Source: Octopus sinensis
Lineage: Eukaryota
Assembly: GCF_006345805.1 (NCBI RefSeq)
Contig: NC_043013.1
Location: forward strand, 31,806,001-31,870,000
Reading direction: 5' to 3'
DNA: 64,000 nt
Shown one piece after another: positions 1-14,494 of this stretch. Every line of letters starts with the position of its first letter. Positions within the stretch are counted from its first letter, which is position 1. The translations under genes and the position numbers were made by a program. Under the pieces are notes generated by a model. It saw nothing but the letters and a program-made list of their open reading frames with translations. It ran no database searches and was not told where the DNA came from.

Positions 1-99
1 ATATTCCTGGGTACGAGTTGGTCAGTGGTACTTTCCATTCTTGTAACATACTCCTTTATTTAAATTCTTCATTGCAAATGTGAACTGCTATTATTTGTG

Positions 100-275
100 G
101 AAGCGAAAAATGTCAGCCATTGCCTCTCTGTTGATGGCATAAGCTGTATCCAGGTATCCAAGTAATATTCATAACATGAAACAGTTATAAATTGTTACAA
201 CAACCAGACGGGTTATGGGAATGGACACCGGTGAGGATAAATGTTTATAATTGTTAATCAAACGAAAAATATTAT
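100..275 (+). mobile_element. Decayed R4/Dong-clade LINE reverse transcriptase fragment
   Basis: Frameshifted translation gives HCLSVDG(I)KLY then KQL*IVTTTRRVMGMDTGEDKCL*LLIKRK, resembling the R4/Dong RT motifs HLLFMDDLKLY and DIGMEFGxDKCA. Confidence 0.55.
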
Positions 276-954
276 ATTGATAAGAGAACAACATGCATCC
301 TGTAAGATTACATCCCATAATGCTTTCGTAGAACCAGTTGTTAGTGCCAACATTTTGGGACACTTGAGTGTTCAGGAAATTGGACATCATGATCAGAAAC
401 AAACTGAAAACTACTGGTATTTTCGTCGACAATATTTGATTGTGGCAAGTTGTATTGTAAACGGATAGGTGGAGGTAGGCAAAGGTCGTTTCAGGCTTGG
501 AATACCGCATCCTATAATTTAGAACATCTAAATAATTTACTGAACAACTCATGAGGAAACTAACAAATATTTGTGCTCAACAGCGAGAGTATTAACGTGG
601 GATTGGGTGCATCACGACTGAATAGGCACTCCGAGACTACACAGCTGTTGAGTGAGCACAAAGTGTAGCTACGGAGAGATTACGAGAAAATACGGAGCCT
701 GTTCCGCAATCAAAATGAATTTGTTAACATATAAACATTATATGTTATAAATGTACCCTCAAAAATATAATTGCGCAGTAATATAACTAAGAGACAACAT
801 AAGAACATTTCATGGCAAGTCAAGTCAACAAGACTCCGATGCACACACACAAACACAAACACACACGCAGACATACATACAAACATAAATACACACACAA
901 ACACACACACACACGCATATATATTCTTTTATTTGTTTCAATTGCTAGACTAAT

Positions 955-1085
955 TATCAAAGTCCGATACTTATTCTATCGATTTCTGTTACCGAACAGC
1001 TAAGATTATATAGAGGTAGACAGAATACATTGGTTTGCAAGCCGTGGTGAGCAAAAGACACAGGCACAGACACAGACACGCGCAC
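955..1085 (-). mobile_element. SINE family A, 3' body fragment
   Basis: Similar to the TACTTATTCTATCG...CCGAAC.GCTAAG segment of the fuller copies at 35.2-35.6 kb and 37.7-38.1 kb. Confidence 0.55.
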
Positions 1086-1125
1086 ACAACCAAACATACA
1101 CACCACGCATGCACACAAAAAAAAA

Positions 1126-1420
<295 letters not shown>

Positions 1421-1599
1421 AATAAATGAAAAGGACTCGAAATATTACTAATTATTATTTCTAGCAACAATTTAAAAGTGAATCATATTTCGTAACGCTC
1501 CACCGTTAGTGTGAATGCTGTACTCTGAGTAAGTAGGCGTCTGATCGCCTCGCGAATATTAGTTACAATTGTATGCCGAGGAAAGCTTGTTCTCATGGA

Positions 1600-1950
1600 C
1601 TATTTCATGTCGTAAAATGTTTCACAGTTGCTCCTTGCCGATTGGAAGTTCTGCAGCTACATTTCTGGAAATAATGGATACTGCTCTCACAAATTTTCCG
1701 TGTTCTGCAAAGTAGAGTGTTTTACTGACACCAGTATCTCTTGAAATAAACGGGCGAAAGGTTCTGGATATTACTTGACGCTGGACACCTTAGGAGTGGC
1801 CCATGAGGCGTTGTCTTGAAGACGTTGAAATATTTCAATGAGATGCTGGTTTAATTCCAGTTTTTCCTGGGTGCTCCTGACAAAACATTAGTACATTATC
1901 CTCTATCCTCAAGATGCTGACTTATCCCAAATGCATTCCAACTATAATCG
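1600..1950 (-). mobile_element. Possible decayed R4/Dong LINE zinc-knuckle region
   Basis: Minus-strand KTTPHGPLLR...NTLLCRTRKICESSIHYFQKC loosely fits the KPxHG..R and CRxC...ESIHH...C pattern; contains stops. Confidence 0.3.
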
Positions 1951-2437
1951 TTTCTATTTATATAGCCCTGAGTCGATTGAACCTGAAATCATTGTTATCA
2001 GGCAACAAACTTCTTAACACACATCCACGCGAAGCATGTTTATACGTTATTGAAAATCATTCCTAAAAAGATGTATGTTATACATACATCTTTACAGTAT
2101 TTGAGATAAAAAGAATGTTTCAATTAAATCTACTAAGTAAAAAAAATGTCCATTATAACTATGAGCAAAATATAGACATAACAATATTACGTATGTGTTT
2201 GCACCCCCGACACCATTGACAATAAGACAGATGTGAATAATATTACTCCACCCACACAGAAAAATAGACGATTAAAACAAGATGTATTCACACTGCTGTT
2301 TCTTCACAGCTCAGGATATGAATAACTATAGTATAACTGGATTTAATTTAAGTATGAATATCTACTACACGGAGTAGGTGCATAAAATTATTGCACATAC
2401 AAACACACATACACACACGAGCCAAACATGCACAAAC

Positions 2438-2524
<87 letters not shown>

Positions 2525-2718
2525 ATATATATATATTATATATACATATACATATATATATATATAGAGAGAGAGAGACGTACGTATGTATATATACATA
2601 TATATACATAAATGTCTTGTATGTGTGTATATGTAAATATGTACATATACACCTATGTGCAAATTTATGCCTGTGAATATAATATATATATATTATATAT
2701 ATATATATATATTATATA

Positions 2719-2749
<31 letters not shown>

Positions 2750-3289
2750 ATATATATACACAGAGAGGAGGAGAGAGAGAGAGAGGGAAATTGCTAGACA
2801 GATATCATAATATTCTTGTTCGAAAGTTGTGAAGCAACAAATGCGGAACATTATATTTTCTAGCAAAACATTCACTGGGGGGTAAAGAGTAAATATTTTC
2901 CGTTTAATATCTATCTTAAATCTCATAAAAATTAGAGTGCATATCAAAATATTCATAGATGTACTGAGAAGTATTAGAAGGAAAGTGAAGCATTAGTTTT
3001 ACACTGGAAATATGAACGTGTGCAAACTAAAAATTATTTTGCACATGTGACGATGAAATGAAATACACTTCAATCCAATTCGCAAAATGAAGGCGGTGTC
3101 GATACGTTAATTTTTTAAAAAGTTTTGTTGCAAAGTATAAATTTTACGACCGATTTGATACTTTTGATCTTCTAACATTTATGGGAAGTTATTTTGTGCA
3201 GACAGTAGAGTCATCAAGCCTGGGAGATGTCAGAAGCCTTCCATACACATACGCAGGAGTGGCAGTGTGGTAAGACGTCCTTAGTGTTC

Positions 3290-4400
3290 TTCACTGTACC
3301 ATTGAAGTCATCATGCTGGTGTGCAGCGGACGAAAATTGTATTTGAAAGACGCTCTAATGTAAGGTAAGACCCCCTTTTGCTTTTTGAATCTGGATTCTT
3401 AGCTTTTGGTCTGTCTGCGCTAGAGACGTGTGTTTTTCTCACTTAACTGTGAGAACTGCTGTCTGGAGGTGTGTTTCGCCACCAAATTAATTTAATTCGG
3501 GAATTGAATGCTCAATTATTTTTGAGAACTGTGTTTGCTTGCCTGCGTGGAAGTTTTTTGTGAGACAGCAGTTATTTAAAGGACAGGAGGTTGGGCGTTG
3601 GCAGGTACATAGGTTTATAGGGAGTGTTTCGGATGAACTTGTGAGGAAAATAATTTTGGAGCGAGGAACCGGCGTTAGGTTCATTATTATTGTTGACTTT
3701 AAGATTAGTATTCGTTACAGAGTTGAGGCTGGTGTTGTGGGGTTGTATAATATGATAATTATCGTGCCCGGTGGTATCGTTGTGCCGTTCTCTATTTTCA
3801 GAACAGGTATAGTTGGACGTTGTGGTAAATTTCAGAATTTGTTTTTTATTACCCATAAAGGGCCAACATAGAGTTAGTAGTATTAGTAGAATTATGAGGG
3901 TTGGTGGTGTTAAGAGGGCCAGTAGCTGTTTTAGGTTTATATGTATGAAGGTGGGGGTTTTGTTAATTTAAGTTATTAGGGTGGGGGTCAGCTGGTTGTG
4001 GATTTATTAGTTTCTTCTTTATGGTAATGTTTTTCGAGTAAGGTAGAGAAGAGTTTAAGTATTCGAATCTGAAAATTAAGAGTGAAGGGCAGGGTGACAT
4101 CAAATAACATCCCGAGTTCTTGTTCGTTTAATCCTATTAGTGGGGAGGTTAACTGGGTGAGGATAGGGTTTTGGAGATGCACGCTGCTGTCTGTTTCGGT
4201 GAGTTGTGATGTATATAAGAGTTGGAGTCATCTGGAAGGCGGGATGTTTGTTACATCAACTGTTACTCTGAAATTTGGATGGATTTGGGAGTTGTGGGGA
4301 AAGGGTAACTTTATGTTCATTACATGGTGGTGGTGGTGGGGTTCGTAACTGGTTTCAGTTCTGGGTTTAGTGGAGGGAGGAATATTTCGCATGGGGATAT
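3290..4400 (-). mobile_element. Decayed Penelope-like element (RT thumb, linker and GIY-YIG region)
   Basis: Minus-strand fragments in the expected order: KPRTETSYEPHHHH, VTLPFTLNFQIRILKLFSTLLEKHY (cf. WFNPPFS.NVKTNIGK.FL.LIDKHF), ILKFTTTSNY (cf. KIFNRNTIKISYS), LCTCQRPTSCPLNNCCLTKN (cf. CNCR....CPL.G.CL). The coding strand is strongly A/C-rich. Confidence 0.7.
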
Positions 4401-4483
4401 ATTCGATTGGGTTTTTATTAAAAAATAGAAAACGACACAGATCTTAGATACTCCATTCTTTGACTCTTACATATATATATAAT

Positions 4484-4521
<38 letters not shown>

Positions 4522-4614
4522 AAGATATATGTGTATGTATATATATATATTTTTATATATGTATGTATAGGTATATATATTATTATATATATATATATAT
4601 ATATAATATAAAAT

Positions 4615-4790
4615 CTGTTATGTCTGTCTGTGTGTCTTCTAGGATCTCGGGTATCCTCCATCCGATTGCGCTCAAATTTGATATGTAGATACCGACGATA
4701 TCCGGGCGTGTATAATTCTTGAAAAAATTACAAAAATCGGTTCCGAGTGAGAATGCGATCGATAAAACCGTGGGAACGTGCTTTGTCAAA
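4615..4790. mobile_element. Possible Helentron/DINE-like non-autonomous element fragment
   Basis: CTGTCTGTCTG followed by CCGATTGCGCTCAAATTTG, a layout common in such elements; termini not identified. Confidence 0.3.
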
Positions 4791-5005
4791 TAGTTTTTCT
4801 GGAAATAGAAAAAAAGTCTATCTTTACTTCTTCTTTTACTCATGTCTCAAATTCAGGTGAAATTAGTGTTTCTCAAAAAGGATGGCCTATGGGACGGTCG
4901 GACAAGATGCTTTGAGAAAATTTGGTTTAAATGTTTGACAACTCAGCACCGTCCATTGGACGGTGGATGTTTTGCTCATATATATATACACATATGCATA
5001 TATAT

Positions 5006-5045
<40 letters not shown>

Positions 5046-5062
5046 ATATTATATATATATAT

Positions 5063-5108
<46 letters not shown>

Positions 5109-6148
5109 AATGAAAGAACTGGAAATATAAAGAGAGTGAGTGAGAGAGAGAGAGCTACAACCTACACAGCAGTTATATAGACCATAAAGGCAGAAATTAT
5201 TGGAAGAAGTGGAGTTTATTTCTTTCAATTCAATAGAGACGTTAAGTGTTTGCCCTAAAACATACCGGTTATCTTTTTCTACAACTATATAAGACTTCAC
5301 AATTATAATGTGGAGAAAACTGTAGGGAGATAATTTCATTATTACATATCATTTGTACGAATAACAAACATATTTCGTTTAACTTAGTTTTCTCAAGATA
5401 TGAATGTTATCTGAATTTTGTCTAAAAAATCCGAATTCGTAAATAAAAAGCATTTATAACTATATACGTCACTGTTTTATAAATATTTATGCAACGTAGA
5501 ATTTATTTAAATACATCTATCTAATTTGCCTCGTGTTTTCTAATAGCAAACCTATAAATATGCAATGTATATATTTCCATTTATTTGTTTTTCGCATTAA
5601 ATATATTCTGAGCAGTTTTAATATGAAAGTGTAATGGAGTCTTTAATTTTCAAACTAATAACAACTCTTGAAATACGATTGAAACAATATAGTATATTTA
5701 AACAAAAAATGTTATGAATTTATAAACTTAACAGTTCATACCCCAAAATAGTTATAATGTCGTTATTTGTAAAGAATATTTGTCGTTTGTTCTGAATGCG
5801 GTTCTCATTCTGTGTAACGTCTCATAAAGAGGAACGAACGTGAATTATTATCCTGCCATGAAGTCATTTTTCCAAAAACAAAACATTTACAATTTTATTA
5901 TTTAGTTTTTCAGTTCGCATAAGTAAGGCAGGATGTGAAGGAAAATTGTATGTAAATTTTTGCATATTAAATGTAGATGAAAGCGGGCTTGATTATCTGA
6001 ATGTTTATTTCTCATCTGATGAAATATGAGTGAGACTGATTCCATTAAAAAATATGGATGCAAATGCAAGCATTATTTCGTTTGAGTAAGAATTCACGCA
6101 CACACAAACACACACAAACACACACACACAAACACGCACACACACAAG

Positions 6149-6182
<34 letters not shown>

Positions 6183-6204
6183 CATACATATATATATATG
6201 AATG

Positions 6205-6252
<48 letters not shown>

Positions 6253-6267
6253 CACACAGACACACAC

Positions 6268-6305
<38 letters not shown>

Positions 6306-6555
6306 TTCACCTACAAGATAAAGATTGAAAGCATTGACAAGCTGAGCGTAATTTCAGATTTTCACTTCGAAACAAATTAGCTGCTATTCAAATATATATA
6401 TATACATATTAGTAACATTTAATGCCATTCAATTAGGATATACTATCCGTTTAATAAAGATTGCACTCTCACATTCACACATGCAAACATATACAATGAA
6501 ATGGTCACACTTATATAACTATATATTTAAAAATTTGCATGTTGTCAGAACTTAC

Positions 6556-6691
6556 ATGTGACGTGTGCATAAGCCAATTGGTATGAATGCATATATGCTA
6601 ACACTAAAAAATGTAAAAATGCCTATTAGGACTGTGTTTGTTGTTAGCCTGCTTGTGCGAAGAGAATGCAGCATATTATAGAAGCATTGAC
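6556..6691 (-). CDS. Candidate internal exon, hydrophobic (possible membrane transporter segment)
   Basis: Acceptor ctctgtag| and donor |gtaagt; only one frame is open: GQCFYNMLHSLRTSRLTTNTVLIGIFTFFSVSIYAFIPIGLCTRH. Could be chance. Confidence 0.3.
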
Positions 6692-7006
6692 CTACAGAGT
6701 GCATAGAAAATTATATTAAAATCAATAATATTAAATCGTAAAATTGATATTATAAGCAAGTAAAACGAGAGACATTACTGACATTTTTTCACGTGTTTAA
6801 CGTTAACGAACTGCACAGACGCAAATATAATTGCGGAAAGATATATGCATTGTGGAAATATTGTAAACAATTTCAGAGAAATCAAACTCGAAGATATGCC
6901 AGATATGCGATTTCACTTATATAATGAATTTTTCATAAGTGACTTTTTTAAGAATTGTTTATATGTTGCCAAAATTGTTCAGCGTTTTAGAGAATAAGAA
7001 AACAAA

Positions 7007-7424
7007 GGTGCAGGCACGACTGTGGGGGTAAGTAGCTTGCTCATCAACTACATGGTCCAGGATTCCGTCCCACTACGTGGCACCTTGTCTTCTATTGTAG
7101 CCTCGAGCTGACCAAAGCCTTGAGAGTGGATCTGGTAGACAGAAACCGAAAGAAGCCCGTTGTATATATATATATATATGTTTGTGCCTGTGTCTGTGTC
7201 TGTGTGTTTGTATGTGTGTGTGTTTGTGTGTAGTCTGTGTTTGTTCCCCAGCCATCGCTTGACAACCGATGCTGGTGTGTTCACATTTCCGTAGCTTAAC
7301 GATTCCGCAAAAGAGATCGATAGAATAAATACTATGCTTACAAAGATTAAGTCTTGGGGTCGATTTGTTCGACAAACGGCGGTGCTCCCAAATGGCGCAG
7401 TCAAATGACTGCAATAAGTAAAAG
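7007..7424 (+). mobile_element. tRNA-headed SINE family A, near full length
   Basis: GGTGCAGGC..GGTAAGTAGCTTGC head, internal (TA)/(TG) tract and GGCGGTGCTCC...GTAAAAG tail; homologous to 37708-38160. Confidence 0.85.
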
Positions 7425-7847
7425 AAAATAATTGAAAATAGTTATAGCCAAAAGCCAAATATGTTGGAGGGGGAAATGTCGGCAAAATTCCATTGAATAT
7501 ATATCATCTACAATTTTAATCTAACCCTGTGGAACACAACAAAGTGAATATGTATCCTATAGGCGTTACAACCGAAGGATTCTAAACATAACATATGACT
7601 ATGCCCGATACCAAATCATTTTGAACAAAGAAACGAAAACAAAATGGCTGGTTCCTTTTGAAAACAGAATCACGCTGAAAACTTTGAACGAAATTAACAT
7701 AAAATGAATCTTTCATTTAACACGCATATGCGCAAACAAACACAGAGACACACGTATATGTCTATGTTAGTGTATATATATATGTAGTTGTTTGTGTATG
7801 TGTTATACATGTTATACATACATACACACACACACACACATATATAA

Positions 7848-7880
<33 letters not shown>

Positions 7881-8349
7881 CGTACACACAATAAATGCGT
7901 ACATATTCGAATGAATATTCTTATATATATTGTTATTATCATCATTAGAAGTAAATATATAAATAATCAATTATAAAAATAATAGCAATATTGGTGGCCA
8001 GCAAGGATTAATGCCGTTATATGGCAAATCAATAAAATTTCTTAATTAATAAATAATTATAACAGAGAGTACACTAAGTACCAAATTGCTAGGAATAAGA
8101 GTTGAAATACTCCACTAATTCTACAGCTTTCAGGTTAGTTGAGTTCAAATGTTAGATTTTCTCTCCTCGTTCGCCCGATTTCTGTTGGTTTGTTATGCTT
8201 TTCAGTGAGTTCGGTGTCTTCTTTGAATATTTTCATCCTTATTTCTAACATGCTGGGACATAGTGAAGCCTCTATTTTAATTATTTTTTAATTATAAAAT
8301 TTCATACACACTCACACACACAAACACATATATATTTCTTTATAGACAT

Positions 8350-9320
8350 ATGGAATCCCCAAGAAGTTATCACTGCTCTATACCAACGCCAGAGCCCAAT
8401 TCATTACACTTGATGAGATGACGAAGTTCTTTGAGAAACTGGCTCCAGTGCTTCAAAGTGACACGTTGGCTCCCTAACTTTTTATCATTGGGGTGGACTA
8501 TTTTATGTGCCTTGCGTTAAAGAAGCACCAGGACTCTGACTTTACTGCAGCGGCGACTCAGAGCTAAAAACATATCAGATACTGAATTTGGTGACGACAT
8601 AGTTCTGGTGACAAATACGGTGAGGGAGGCAGAGAAATTGATGCAGGCAGTAGAGGTTGTGTCGATTAGTGTGGGGCTGAAAATGAATGAAATTAAGACG
8701 AATTATCCGGTAGAGAACATTACGAAGTCAGAGAAGGTAATGAATGTAGGTGGGAAGTCACTACAGTTGGTTGAGGACTTCCTGTATCTCGAAGCAAAGA
8801 TTGGGAACACAGAGGTGATATAGGTGAGAGGAAGAGTAAAGCTTGGGCAGCATGCCACAGTTTGAGATCTGTATGGAAGTCGGACCTTCGTAAAGACCTG
8901 AAGATCCGGCTCTTCGATGCTGCAGTGGAGTCTGTGCTGTTGCACGGATCTGAAGCTCACTCAGACGATGGACGGGTGCTAAACGAGAATATTGAGGATG
9001 GCTTTGATAATTAATCAGTATATACTGAGGATGAAGGTCTCAGACATGTACTATAGCCTTCCAATAGTTAACTTGAAAATAACACGGAGGAGACTGATGT
9101 TAGCTAGACATGCTCACCATCATTCAGAGTTGATGCTGCACTCAGTGCTCCAGTGAGAAGGCCTACACGCACACACTAGAAGAGTAAGGCCGGGCCTGAC
9201 ATATGTTAATGCCATAAGGACAGAAACTAGTCTCTGGGAGACACAGGACATATCAGCGATGATGAAAGATAAAGACCGCTGGAGAGAACTCGTCCATGAA
9301 TCTCGGGAGGTTTGCCCGCC
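8350..9320 (+). mobile_element. RTE-clade LINE 3' part (RT C-terminus), decayed
   Basis: VLQSDTLAP*LFIIGVDY (cf. GVLQGDTLAPFLFII), VEDFLYLEAKI, KAWAACHSLRSVWKSDL...KIRLFDAAVESVLLHGSE, RRRLMLARH, MKDKDRWRELV. Confidence 0.85.
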
Positions 9321-9457
9321 CATACACACACATACACACACATATATATATACTTATATATATGTACATATATATACATATATATACATATATATATATA
9401 CATATACATATATATATATATATATTATATATATATATATATAATGTATAGATAGAA

Positions 9458-9780
9458 GGCGCATGGCTCAGTGGTTAGAGCGTCGACCTTACGATCGTGA
9501 GGTTGTGAGCTCGAATCCTGGACCGGGCTGCGTGTTGTGTTCTTGAGCAAGGCACTTTATTTCACGTTGCTCCAGTTCACTCAGCTGTAGAAATGAGTTG
9601 CGACGTCACAGGTGCCAAGCTGTATCGACCTTTGTCTTTCCCTTGGATAACACTGGTGGCGTGGAGAGGGGAGGCTGGTATGCATGGGCGACTGCTGGTC
9701 TTCCATAAACAACCTTGCCCGGACTTGTGTCTAGGTGCAATCCCATGGTCATTCATGACCGAAGGGGGTCTTTACCCTTT
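9458..9780 (+). mobile_element. tRNA-headed CORE-like SINE family C
   Basis: A box TGGCTCAGTGG, B-box-like GCTCGAATCC and CORE-like TTGAGCAAGGCACTT...CTCAGCTGTAGAAATGAG; near-identical copy at 34772-35103. Confidence 0.85.
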
Positions 9781-9781
9781 T

Positions 9782-9828
<47 letters not shown>

Positions 9829-9899
9829 TAAATTTATATATATACTTATATAAATACATACATTTATGTATACATACTCATACACATGCACACACACAA

Positions 9900-9958
<59 letters not shown>

Positions 9959-12445
9959 CATATGCATATATGAATATAGACATACACTGACATAGTCACA
10001 CACACAGACGCATGTATACATGTATACACATACACACCAGTGTTCTAAGATAAATGCAAGAGCTCTCAAGCCATATAACTGTTTCGAAGCTTTCATCTTG
10101 TGGTTTATGTTGATGTTTAAACAGTAGTGAATGCACATACGATGAAGGTACCTGATGCTGGAGGGAAATATAACTGCATCAGGTGCGCTTATTAAATAGC
10201 TGAAAATTGGAAATAAATTATTTGATCAATTTTAAAAGAACCTGTTTATTCTGCAAGCAACGAATCACATGTAACATACAATAAATATGCTTTGATGTCA
10301 TTTACTTCGGATTTTCAAAGTTAATTATCCTCAAGAGCAATACATTTTACTTGAAGCCTTGTGACAAATACCTAACTTCTTTTTGAAGAAGTTCAGACGT
10401 ATTTCAAGTAAAACGGTAAAGAACTTAGTGACAGGTCATTTCTCATTTTAAAATTCTTTTTGCAGATATGGGTCACAGTAAACATTTGATTAAAAACTGT
10501 CGGTATAACGGCTATAGAATAGCTTTGAATTGCAATAATAATGGCAACCTTTTCAAATGAAATACGCTTATCGATCAGTTTCTGGGGGAAATTTTAACTA
10601 AAATAAAGCAGCGTTACAAAGTCTAGTGACACACAGACAGACAATTGCTACTTAGTAGCCATTTCGGACAGTATTCAATAATTTCTCTTTTTCATTGGTG
10701 AGATAGATTTCAAATATTTAATTTGTTATATAATTACAAGAAAATTGATATGTTCTAATCAACAAATAGGTTTTTATGATAATTAGAGAAATCATGTTAT
10801 TCAGAGTTGATACATGACATCACCTGCTGCAGTGTTCCACAGTTTTACTACTATGGAAACATAGGAGGGAGCCATTCCTTCTCTGGGTCTTGAGAATTCA
10901 ACGTATAGTGATGAAAGTCAGTTGTTTTGTCAATGACTTGCTTGAATTAAGTATATGTCTGGTGAAAGACATCATTTGGGGAAAATAATGGAGACACTGA
11001 AATTAAAGTACAAGAAAATTTTATTGAGTGATGAAATATATTTGAAATAAGTTTAAATCATGGTAAACATAATAGATGCAAAATAGTTAAAACCATTTAG
11101 CAGATTCCATTCCTCATATCGGGAATTAAGATTTTAGCCTTGATAACCTCTGCAGTCATTGTTGTAAGTAAAATTTCACTTGTGATTTTCTCAGAATAAA
11201 CGTAAGTTCTGCCATAATATAATTTGTTATTCTGGATTAGGTTAAGAATTATTTTTAATATGAAACTCCCGTTATTGTAGATTACTTTGTTAGTTCTTAT
11301 AGCATTATACATAAATAGAATTCTGTATGCTAATGTATAGCTTTGTTCGCATAGAAAAGATTATGTTGTAACTTGCTACAAGCACTTAACGCGATGAATA
11401 AACCTTGCTGATGGTATATGTTTTTTGAAAGTAATAGACGTTTAGCAGGGTAGGGGAGGCGCATAATTTCGGTTCAAAAGCGTGTCTTCTATAAAAAATA
11501 AAGCTAGAAACACTGTGCACGAGAAAGCCTTTCAAATCACAACTCTACCATTTAGTGTATTGTACGAATTTTTCTTAAATCTATTTTCAAAAATGCTGTT
11601 GTGGAGATGCATCGTATTCACATGGCTCCAGAAGTCTTTCATTATAGAAAGAAGTTCTTGACTTGCATGCAACATTTAGAATTAAGGTTCCCAGAAGATA
11701 CATCTGGTATTGTCGCTAGCCACATTACCATATTAATTATATCAATACAAAAGACAATGAACATATATTATACAATTTTAAATAAATACAGTATATGGAA
11801 TCATATTTATCGGATATTGACTTTTTCAGTCTCACTTGAAATGATAATCGCTGTCGTTTTCTTCTTCCCCACGTGTAGACACACACAACTCAGAAAGCTT
11901 TGCAGAATCACTGCTTTGGTCGAAGATACTGGGGGCGTTATCATAGAAAATATTTCGAATATGATATGTGTAATTCATGGTATATGAGAGGCTGGGTATA
12001 TTATACAGTGTTGTTCCGAAGTCATCCGACAATAAATAAAAATTCCATAAATACTTAATATTCAATTTTATTTATCCATTCCCGTTATGAATGTTTAATA
12101 ACTGAATGCTTGTGAGTTACAAGCACCGTTTTTTTTTTTCAACATTTGTCTATTTCTTAGCGAAGTGTCATATGAAATAACTATTTGTTTTAATCATGGA
12201 ATTAAATGGTTTTGATTTATTGTCAGGTGACTTTTGGCTAAAACTGTATGTTACTGTAGACTATAAAATCATAGGGCAATTAAGTCGCACGTTCTGAAGT
12301 AGGTACATATCGTAGAAAAATATTAATTGCATAGTTTCTAAGAATTATTTAAACTGTAAATGAAACGGTTTCACAAGCTATAATCGATTGTTCTTCGAGA
12401 AGAGTATTTATCTTAAAACTGAGTAAATTTAAATATTACGTGAAG

Positions 12446-12626
12446 ACGGCGAGCTCACAGAATCGTTAGCATACCAGGCAAATTACTTAGCGTCATTCCG
12501 TCCAGAGTTAACGTTGCCTTTCATCCTTTCGAGGTCGATAAAGTAAGTACCAGTTGAATTCTGTGATTGATGTCATCGATTTACCCCGCTCCTGAAATCA
12601 CTGGCCTTGTGACAAAATTTGAAACT
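12446..12626 (+). mobile_element. SINE family B, decayed
   Basis: GGCGAGCT..CAGAATCGTTAGCA head and GCCTTTCATCCTTTCG.GGTCGATAAA body. Confidence 0.7.
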
Positions 12627-12872
12627 AAATTTCTAGATTAAGTTTTCTACATAATTTACAAATAGAAGTTTCTTAACTTTTCTGTTTATATCACTGCATA
12701 TTAATGGATTGACAGACATTCTGTTGAAATGCTATTGTCATGAATGTCGTTGTGGATTTGGAAATTAGGATCACAGATAATGATATATTCCATTTATTTT
12801 TCTATTGTAAAATCGAACTGAAATCTAATTTTCTAGCTTCGTAATTTTCGACTTTTCCTCTGGATGTTGGTT

Positions 12873-13083
12873 TCTAAATTTTTGAAGCAGGTCATCAATT
12901 TCGTGGTTTGGAGAAAGTTGATGATATCTACCCCAGTGCACAACTGGTATTTATTTTATCGACCCTGAAAGGATGAAAAGTAAGGTCAACCCCGGCGGAA
13001 TTTGTACTCAGAAGATAAAGACGGACGAAATGTCACTAAGCATTTTGACTGGCAAGCTAATGATTCTACCAGCTCACCACCTT
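12873..13083 (-). mobile_element. SINE family B, decayed
   Basis: TTTATCGACCCTGAAAGGATGAAA...GGCGGAATTTG signature in reverse orientation. Confidence 0.7.
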
Positions 13084-14264
13084 ACCTTTCTTCCATTATG
13101 GAAGAATCATTAACATCATTGAACCTAAAACAGATACATCGTCGTACTCTCTACATAACTCATTCTATAACCATAGATTGCTTTTACTTATTATGTGAAA
13201 ATGCTTTATAACATAAATCTACATAATTGTCTTGACTATGTTTGACAGAAATCTCAATCAAACAGCAGTAGCACACACTTTAGTCTTTATCGTATGTACT
13301 TGGCAATATTTCACCTTTGCAAAAGATAGAAAATGATGAAATTTATAACGAAATCTGAAATTAATTTTGTCATTCATTTGAAATTTCAATGTCTAAATAT
13401 AGTGAGATTGTCTTCCATAAACTGTGGGGCAATATAGAACGATGCATACACTTTCGAGGGTTGATTTAATTGAGAAGACTCGTTATGTTTCTACACAGAT
13501 GTCAGTTTTTCAAAATGTCATAAACTAATATTTTCTTAAAGAATAATTTCTATATCTACTACTACGAAACTAGAAACTTGTCTCATAATATTTTCTGTTC
13601 CAAAATAGAATAACATTTTAACGAATAAATCATATTGTGATAAGTGTAGTCAATTCATCTTCATTTTCTTTCTTTTATCTCATTTTACAAGAAAAGTTGA
13701 TGCTAATATGATTACATTCAGACGGGTTATTTATCTATATTTACAAGGTGATTAACTTTAGTCAAATTAGTATAAGGTAAGAGAGAATTCAAAAGGGAAA
13801 AACTGATTGATCGCTTGAAGTTTTTATCGATTTGAAGGAACCTTTGACTCTATAGGTTTATGGTGTTAATGAAATATAAATATATTTGTATAAACGTTTT
13901 TGATTGATTTTGAAAGTTTGATTTCGAACTAATTTTCTGCAATTTATAGATAATAGAATTGTTCTCAAAATTTATCTTCATAATTAATATTCGTATAACA
14001 GAACGTCTTCGCAAGACGAAGAATTTTAAGAGAATTTGTTTATCGAATGTGTTTTCCGACTGAAGTTGTACACTTGCTGAAATATTCCATACTCCTTATC
14101 AAACAAAAAATGATGATGTCTGAGATGGCACCAAACGAATTAAATCTCATAGTACATTTTCTTGAAAATGATCAGAGGAATTCTACCGTTTGTCCTGTGT
14201 AAAACTTCTAAAGAATCAAGAATATCAATTTTTGCAGATGTTATCATTATTATTATAGATATAT

Positions 14265-14494
14265 ATTTCTTTACTACCAACAAGGGGCTAAACACAGAGG
14301 GGACAAACAAGGACAGACAAAGGGATTAAGTCGACTACATCGACCCCAGTGCGTAACTGGTACTTAATTTATCGACCCCGAAAGCATGAAAAGCAAAGTC
14401 GACGTCGGCGGAATTTGAACTCGGAACGTAACGACAGACGAAATACGGCTACGAATTTCGCCCGGCGTGCTAACGTTTGTACCAGCTCGCCGCC
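14265..14494 (-). mobile_element. SINE family B, young copy with 15-bp TSD
   Basis: Full family-B sequence flanked by TTATTATAGATATAT at 14250-14264 and 14495-14509. Confidence 0.9.

Noticed and set aside
169-552. 127-aa minus-strand ORF as a receptor or membrane protein
   Set aside because: No recognisable motif; it overlaps the antisense of a decayed plus-strand LINE RT fragment.
1795-1845. CCATGA-GGCGTT...GACGTT-GAAA motif
   Set aside because: Two core mismatches and no stem I.
9458-9540. tRNA genes at SINE heads (also 34772, 37708, 39883, 31940-32013)
   Set aside because: A/B boxes are present but there is no complete cloverleaf, and the heads continue into SINE bodies, several with TSDs.
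10135-10215. CGATGAAG plus an 11-bp hairpin (GTACCTGATGC/GCATCAGGTGC) and a downstream CTGAAA
   Set aside because: Core is altered and stems I and III do not pair; at most an unrecognisable relic.
11601-11987. 128-aa plus-strand ORF
   Set aside because: No family motif recognised and no convincing pair of splice sites; cannot be supported as coding without a search.
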